Positions 6,801 through 9,605 of a DNA stretch of 9,605 bases are shown here, in pieces (position 1 is the first letter of the stretch; each line of letters starts with the position of its first letter). The notes under the pieces are model-generated. The model was given only the letters and a program-made list of their open reading frames with translations. It was not told the origin of the DNA and ran no database searches. This DNA is from Paraspadella gotoi. Its lineage: Eukaryota; Animalia; Chaetognatha. Location: positions 1-9,605 of the forward strand of contig JBJCIZ010001430.1 in NCBI GenBank assembly GCA_051294375.1, in the 5' to 3' direction. The translations under genes and the position numbers were made by a program.

Positions 6801-9516
6801 CAACCCAGAGTTGTTCAGGTGGGCCAGGGTTTGTTATTGCGGTGCCGATGATTATATCCTGATCATTTTCATCGGCCGAAATGTAAAAAACTGTTTTTAA
6901 AACCCATTTCTGGAACATTACTCTTAAATCAATCCTTTCAGTCAGCGTAATTGTGCCTGTTGCCGTGGACAGGCGAAGCGGAGATCCATGGTAGATCCTG
7001 TTATTTAATGACCATTTGTCGACAAATTTTCTCGGGATCGTGTTGACGGATGCTCCGGTGTCATATAAACAACTTGCCGGCACCCCCGCGATTACCGTCG
7101 GGATGTAGCTATTTCTGCCAGAATGGCAGATCTTTCCGGTGTCATCCCTAGGTTCTGGGCCAAGGTCTCCTTTGAGGGTGTTGGCCATTTTGTCCGGTAG
7201 GGGGGGTAGATCCTTCTCATCTTTTGTCGTTTCCGGTTGCGCTGACGGTTGGAGGAAGGATTCTGGTTGGTGGCATTCCAGCTCCACCCGCCTGATGGTG
7301 GCTTGGTGGAGTGATTCACCTGACTGTTCTCCTGCAATTATTGTATAGGTTGGGTTTCCCTTGTCTCCTGTTGGCCGTAGTTTTCTAAGGTTTTGCCTTC
7401 CGTTCCTCCTGACAGGATTTTGCCTGTTCTTTTGGCTTATTGCGGTTGGGGAGGGAGACGGAGGTGGAGGTGGGGATGATGCAGGTGGTGAGGGAGGAGG
7501 CGGAGCCGTTTCAGTGAATTTGACAGTTTGTCTGATGTTTGGGTGATCCTTTTGCATGATGTTTTTTGCTTTTGCTTTATTTGCTCTGCGCGCAAGTTTT
7601 GCACAAGCCCTCGATCTGGAAATTCTGGCTTTTTTCTCGCCTGTGTCGGCCTTGGCCCAATCTTTCCATCCTAACTTGTGCAGAAACTTGTTTGTGAGGG
7701 CGATTTCTTTCGCGTCGAGTGGTTTGAGCAGCTTATACAGTCGAGATGCCGTAGACTTGCCTCGGAGTTGATTTGCAGTTTCAGCGAGGGCTTTGGCTTT
7801 TAATTTATTTGATTGGCTGACTCCAGTCGTTACTATTTCCATTACTCTATTACCGAGAGATTGGTAACTGTCTTTTAGCTTTCTTTGTTGTAACTCATTT
7901 TTTGATTTATTTATAACGCAATCATAATAGTAACTGTTTTTTTTATCATCATATTCATCAGCGGAGTCAATTTCAGGATTATTTGTTAGGTCTACAATGT
8001 CTCGACGTCTACCAAAACTCGGGCCTTTCCTGCCCCTCTTGTCATCGCGCCAATTTGATTTCCGGTCGTTCTTCCAGTCGCGGGTTTTGTTCCCGTTTTT
8101 ACTGTCGTAGGTACGATCCGGACTGCGTCGTTCTCGGCGGTCGTCGCGGCGATCGTAGCGGCGATCTGGCTGGTTGGCTCGGCCAGGCCTTCCCATCTCC
8201 CTCTTGAGCTCCTTCATCGTCTCGTTTATGTTGTTGAGCTCCTGCAGCATGGAGCCTTGATAAAAGGCAGTGGCACTGCTGCTAGGGTCTTTGTCGTTTT
8301 GACCCTTTTGTACTAGGGCGTCTACCAACTTTTCCTTGTCGTCGTCCGAAACAGTTTTAACGATCTTTCGAACGGCGCCGTCAGAATTTTTTTTTAAATA
8401 TCCGCGCAGCTTGTACTCGATGGCCTTTCCTAATTGGCGGGTTTGGCCTGTTTCGAGTAGGTTCGTCCACTCCAAGGTCTCGGAGGTGATGCCCGGAACG
8501 TAGGGCTCCATAGCTTCGACGAGCATCTGGGCGACGTAATCAGGGATTGAAGCTCTATCTTTTTCTCTGACGGCTTCAAAATTTTCCTTGGCGGCGTTCA
8601 CCAGGGCGAGGCCATATTTAGCGTGGACGTGCGGGTCCACTTCGACTTTGGCATCGGCAAGGGCCTCGGCGATGCTGACTGATGAACCTTCACATAACGC
8701 ACGAAGGCCCAGCCACATTGATTGATTTACTGGTTCAATAAATCTGCTCGCGATTTTGTCACGAGCGAGGAGGGCGCGGAGTTGTTGATCAATTTTGTCG
8801 GTCGCCGGGGAATCCTTAAAGGCCTGGTAGAAGCTCCGCAGGAACTGCTCAGGAGTTTCATCGCTTCTCCTCTTTTCCAGCTTGATTGGCTGATTGACAG
8901 GCGTGTAGGATGGAGGGTCGCTCCGGCCGCTCTCTGACTGGGCATCGTCAGGGGGCGGTCGGGTGGGCGGCTGTCCTATGTAGGGGTTTTGAGGAGGTTG
9001 CTGTTGGGCCATGATAAGGTTGGTGTTGGGGTACAGAGATGGGGGATGGGGAGGAGCGGTTTGGGCGAATCCGGTTGAGTTGATGTCGCGGTTGATATGC
9101 TTCTCCCGGAACTCGCGATTTTCCTTTGCCATGTCGCGAGTCTCCTTCATCATGTCCTTCATCATGTTGTGAAGTTCACCCAATTTGGAACCCAGTTGCA
9201 TCTCGGTTTGGTCAAGGCGTTCATTGAGGGCTCCGATTTTGCCCCCAATGGTGATTTCGCTTTCGTCGAGGCGCTGATTCATCTGCTGGTAGTTTTGCTG
9301 TTGCTTTAAGTTATTGCTGTTCATCAGTTGGAGAATCTGACGAATGCTTTCAGCTTGTCTGTTGTCTTCTAGGCATTGTTGACGTAATGCCCCCGATACT
9401 TCAAAGGTGTGGAAGTCGAGGTCGCGTTCAATGCTACCGCCTTCGCTTTCAGTGGAGCTTCCGGCGCCATTGGCTGGAATGGCCGGAGCCGTCTTTCGTC
9501 TGACGGCGAAGTCCAT
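2590..9516 (-). CDS. gag-pol: Gag-Pol polyprotein (Gag, aspartic protease, reverse transcriptase, RNase H, OTU-like insert, integrase), 2308 aa
   Basis: Open frame 9603->2590. The ORF-track GTG start overlaps the PBS; the first ATG is at 9516 in strong Kozak context (AAG ATG G, MDFAVRRK). Motifs: LYDTGAS, YVDDL, YADAS...LET...VTDS...ADFLTR, HHCC, D-D-E, GPH. Confidence 0.93.
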   Translation of the reverse strand: MDFAVRRKTAPAIPANGAGSSTESEGGSIERDLDFHTFEVSGALRQQCLEDNRQAESIRQILQLMNSNNLKQQQNYQQMNQRLDESEITIGGKIGALNERLDQTEMQLGSKLGELHNMMKDMMKETRDMAKENREFREKHINRDINSTGFAQTAPPHPPSLYPNTNLIMAQQQPPQNPYIGQPPTRPPPDDAQSESGRSDPPSYTPVNQPIKLEKRRSDETPEQFLRSFYQAFKDSPATDKIDQQLRALLARDKIASRFIEPVNQSMWLGLRALCEGSSVSIAEALADAKVEVDPHVHAKYGLALVNAAKENFEAVREKDRASIPDYVAQMLVEAMEPYVPGITSETLEWTNLLETGQTRQLGKAIEYKLRGYLKKNSDGAVRKIVKTVSDDDKEKLVDALVQKGQNDKDPSSSATAFYQGSMLQELNNINETMKELKREMGRPGRANQPDRRYDRRDDRRERRSPDRTYDSKNGNKTRDWKNDRKSNWRDDKRGRKGPSFGRRRDIVDLTNNPEIDSADEYDDKKNSYYYDCVINKSKNELQQRKLKDSYQSLGNRVMEIVTTGVSQSNKLKAKALAETANQLRGKSTASRLYKLLKPLDAKEIALTNKFLHKLGWKDWAKADTGEKKARISRSRACAKLARRANKAKAKNIMQKDHPNIRQTVKFTETAPPPPSPPASSPPPPPSPSPTAISQKNRQNPVRRNGRQNLRKLRPTGDKGNPTYTIIAGEQSGESLHQATIRRVELECHQPESFLQPSAQPETTKDEKDLPPLPDKMANTLKGDLGPEPRDDTGKICHSGRNSYIPTVIAGVPASCLYDTGASVNTIPRKFVDKWSLNNRIYHGSPLRLSTATGTITLTERIDLRVMFQKWVLKTVFYISADENDQDIIIGTAITNPGPPEQLWVVQPSNQNNNLQIASMGGKPITHLFGDKHEALKAARWLARGNLDEETSLPVHTERDAEGITKLTSIRPYWKTLASSRWIIESLNDDKAYIVDGDQLREGVEIDAQPGAWGFARPLITNEAKAELGLGTKTTAEPVQADMSGDKPLLRKIRKDNIPATTIIHHKPSEEEIHAVEDARQKRREKHDARGKEAFLKPFKDVDPSLQEKAHLVWEIVWEFRDVFGETINDCKEGFLNYRVDLGYTDEDLPKPRFANQGPVKKAALKRYLEVYEKAGIVSRTRNEAYSNAFLIKKPGHIAEGQDEMSDETFAKQWRLICDLSAVNNNISTYATEPQTITSILEQYKPHELQCSVDILACFHQVNLSDRCKPVTTFAGAGHNWWXXXXPMGGVNSVNVLQAILDEIFQDLGTDVKSFLVYVDDLILTAKSPEDMAQRLRDLLQRCRDENVVLKWTKSVLLRKEDIKILGFSISKSKLMPQKEKLEAVEVKLKNLKTQKELRAMLASLNYYRCFTHRFSYIAQPLHALTLLDKKDFKLTEKHITMLQILIDEIKSSPGLNFLNDARVKHGSYRIYADASTSAMGGLITVTADGVEYPLSFHSKSFPDEYRIKHINILETLAFNMMVRKFKGYTCGRRVTLVTDSQYFKRIMDLQHDRQQLLPTNVLRWITEIRQECQPKEIVLVKSEDNPADFLTRFTEQGQVTPLDTPFFPAGFDVEGNYEPGFAENPIDSLETPEHLDLITGHAPTLTLMAQILEVDTKTFRAKFFEFIRQKFTEKKNNIEKLYGKPKTKDADTFIRTVAAKDWSLGHPELELLSEMTGITITMMEEEFVNQTGCKYERIYGKPSYDRKIKIFRTITGQVSLISDVSPQRPLHTPAGGPIQTIKVADLRPLERRGRPRSPRSDGYQANQPPQDLVNIKLKNENNMHPSPPTAVMDMVETTWPGADMEAMVDSTLEADIDASEAEIAQEVRQPNAKQEKLLPMATTVKDWQQKEELFRAVIKTLREHDREAAEVLLNKKMEKRKTLTERYLANSLADLDVTEDGILVIKGYKNNNQTTKYVVPPNKAEEVATKLHKHFGHPGRDRTAFITAQYVSSPGLSTAAARCVRNCNNCAKSTDTQRHNXXXXAPNLALTPWESLSIDVMHLPPVSGYNYILVASDNASAYTWAIPLRRADAESLVQALDQNIFLRHGSYMEVNFDGATQLNGKAMKSILDLLDTVGRRVLVGRKDSNRAERDIGRIRQALRKAVEDQPRRWLEHLPHLMLLLNATPIIGWKTEMSPHEIQFGHRPRIVEAADDYTKRNLIEFIRKRADRQEQARSRLADQRTKLYKQSTRNNPYRKPENIKVGDLVLARRDLIMTGTTTAVNKVKRIYSGPHRVLERDGNHFVLSINDQRLKYHRRRLKLHTAGN
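4231..4614 (-). other. OTU (ovarian tumour) deubiquitinase-like domain, catalytic Cys/His apparently lost
   Basis: ~128 aa with OTU-like pattern: GHAPTLTLMAQIL (Cys-box position, no Cys), TFRAKFFEFIRQ helix, DWSLGHPELELLSEMTGITITMM (W-G-x-x-E-L-x-x-L-S...I box), YG, KIKIFRTITGQVSLI (His-box position, Q for H). Confidence 0.55.
4735..5115 (-). other. RNase H domain
   Basis: Catalytic D-E-D-D: IYADAS (D 5097-5095), NILETLA, LVTDSQ, NPADFLTR. Confidence 0.92.
5400..6150 (-). other. Reverse transcriptase domain (Ty3/Gypsy type)
   Basis: FLIKK...WRLICDLSAVN, CSVDILACFHQV, PMGGVNS, YVDDLIL (5565-5554), KILGF. Confidence 0.95.
6835..7110 (-). other. Retropepsin aspartic protease domain
   Basis: CLYDTGASVNTI (catalytic DTG at 7062-7054), flap LSTATG, and DIIIG (~6858-6844). 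Confidence 0.9.
7930..9516 (-). other. gag: Gag region (N-terminal coiled coil, Pro-rich segment, capsid-like helical region, R/D-rich basic nucleocapsid-like tail without CCHC)
   Basis: Position upstream of protease; helical segment starting ETPEQFLRSFYQAF resembles Ty3/Gypsy capsid N-termini; boundaries approximate. Confidence 0.65.
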
Positions 9517-9581
9517 CTTCTTAGGTGGTGGCGTGGTTGAGGTGGTTGAGGCTTGCTTTTTCTTCTTGGAGTCGTGGTTTG

Positions 9582-9602
9582 TCGAATCCACTCCTGTCAC
9601 CA
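9582..9602 (-). other. Primer-binding site, tRNA-Leu type
   Basis: Minus strand TGGTGACAGGAGTGGATTCGA is complementary to a tRNA 3' end ...UCGAAUCC(C)ACUCCUGUCACCA, close to metazoan tRNA-Leu(CAG) ...GAATCCCACTCCTGACACCA as recalled. Confidence 0.85.
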
Positions 9603-9605
9603 CAT

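Larger units (their letters stand above)
1813..9605 (-). mobile_element. Ty3/Gypsy LTR retrotransposon: internal region plus 3' LTR (5' LTR beyond right edge)
   Basis: Domain order PR-RT-RH-IN in one ORF, GPY/F-type C-terminus, PBS at 9602, PPT at 2335-2346, LTR with terminal inverted repeats TCACAGATG/CATCTGTGA. Confidence 0.95.

Noticed and set aside
2922-9309. Numerous plus-strand ORFs (e.g. 3659-4285, 208 aa) and short alternate-frame minus ORFs
   Set aside because: Shadow ORFs of the long gag-pol frame; many start at non-ATG codons and show no recognisable motifs.
9561-9602. tRNA gene
   Set aside because: Only a 3'-half-like sequence including CCA; no D-arm or anticodon arm; it is the PBS.
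9517-9603. N-terminal 29 codons from the ORF-track GTG start
   Set aside because: They overlap the PBS and tRNA-like leader; the first ATG with strong Kozak context is at 9516.

Overview
Eukaryotic genomic DNA. Positions ~1813-9605 hold an apparently intact Ty3/Gypsy (Metaviridae-type) LTR retrotransposon on the minus strand. From its 5' end it has a tRNA-Leu-type primer-binding site at the right edge (9602 downward; the 5' LTR lies just outside the window), one uninterrupted Gag-PR-RT-RNaseH-IN ORF (likely ATG 9516, stop 2590, 2308 aa), a short 3' UTR with no env, a polypurine tract (2335-2346) and a ~520-bp 3' LTR (1813-2332) with TATA, Inr and AATAAA in canonical spacing. Unusual features: (i) a ~128-aa OTU-deubiquitinase-like domain that appears catalytically dead, plus an AT-hook, between RNase H and integrase; (ii) PPxY and LYPx3L late-domain motifs and an IVDLT SUMO-interacting motif in Gag, which lacks a zinc knuckle; (iii) a tandem array of heat-shock-element-like repeats in U3; (iv) a CA instead of TG at the U3 terminus and a D-34-E integrase; (v) tRNA complementarity extending ~40 nt, far beyond a normal PBS. 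Positions 1-1812 are AT-rich host DNA with a GA microsatellite, degenerate TAACC repeats and a possible promoter/first exon next to the insertion. All domain calls are by motif recognition only; no searches were run and the host taxon cannot be determined.
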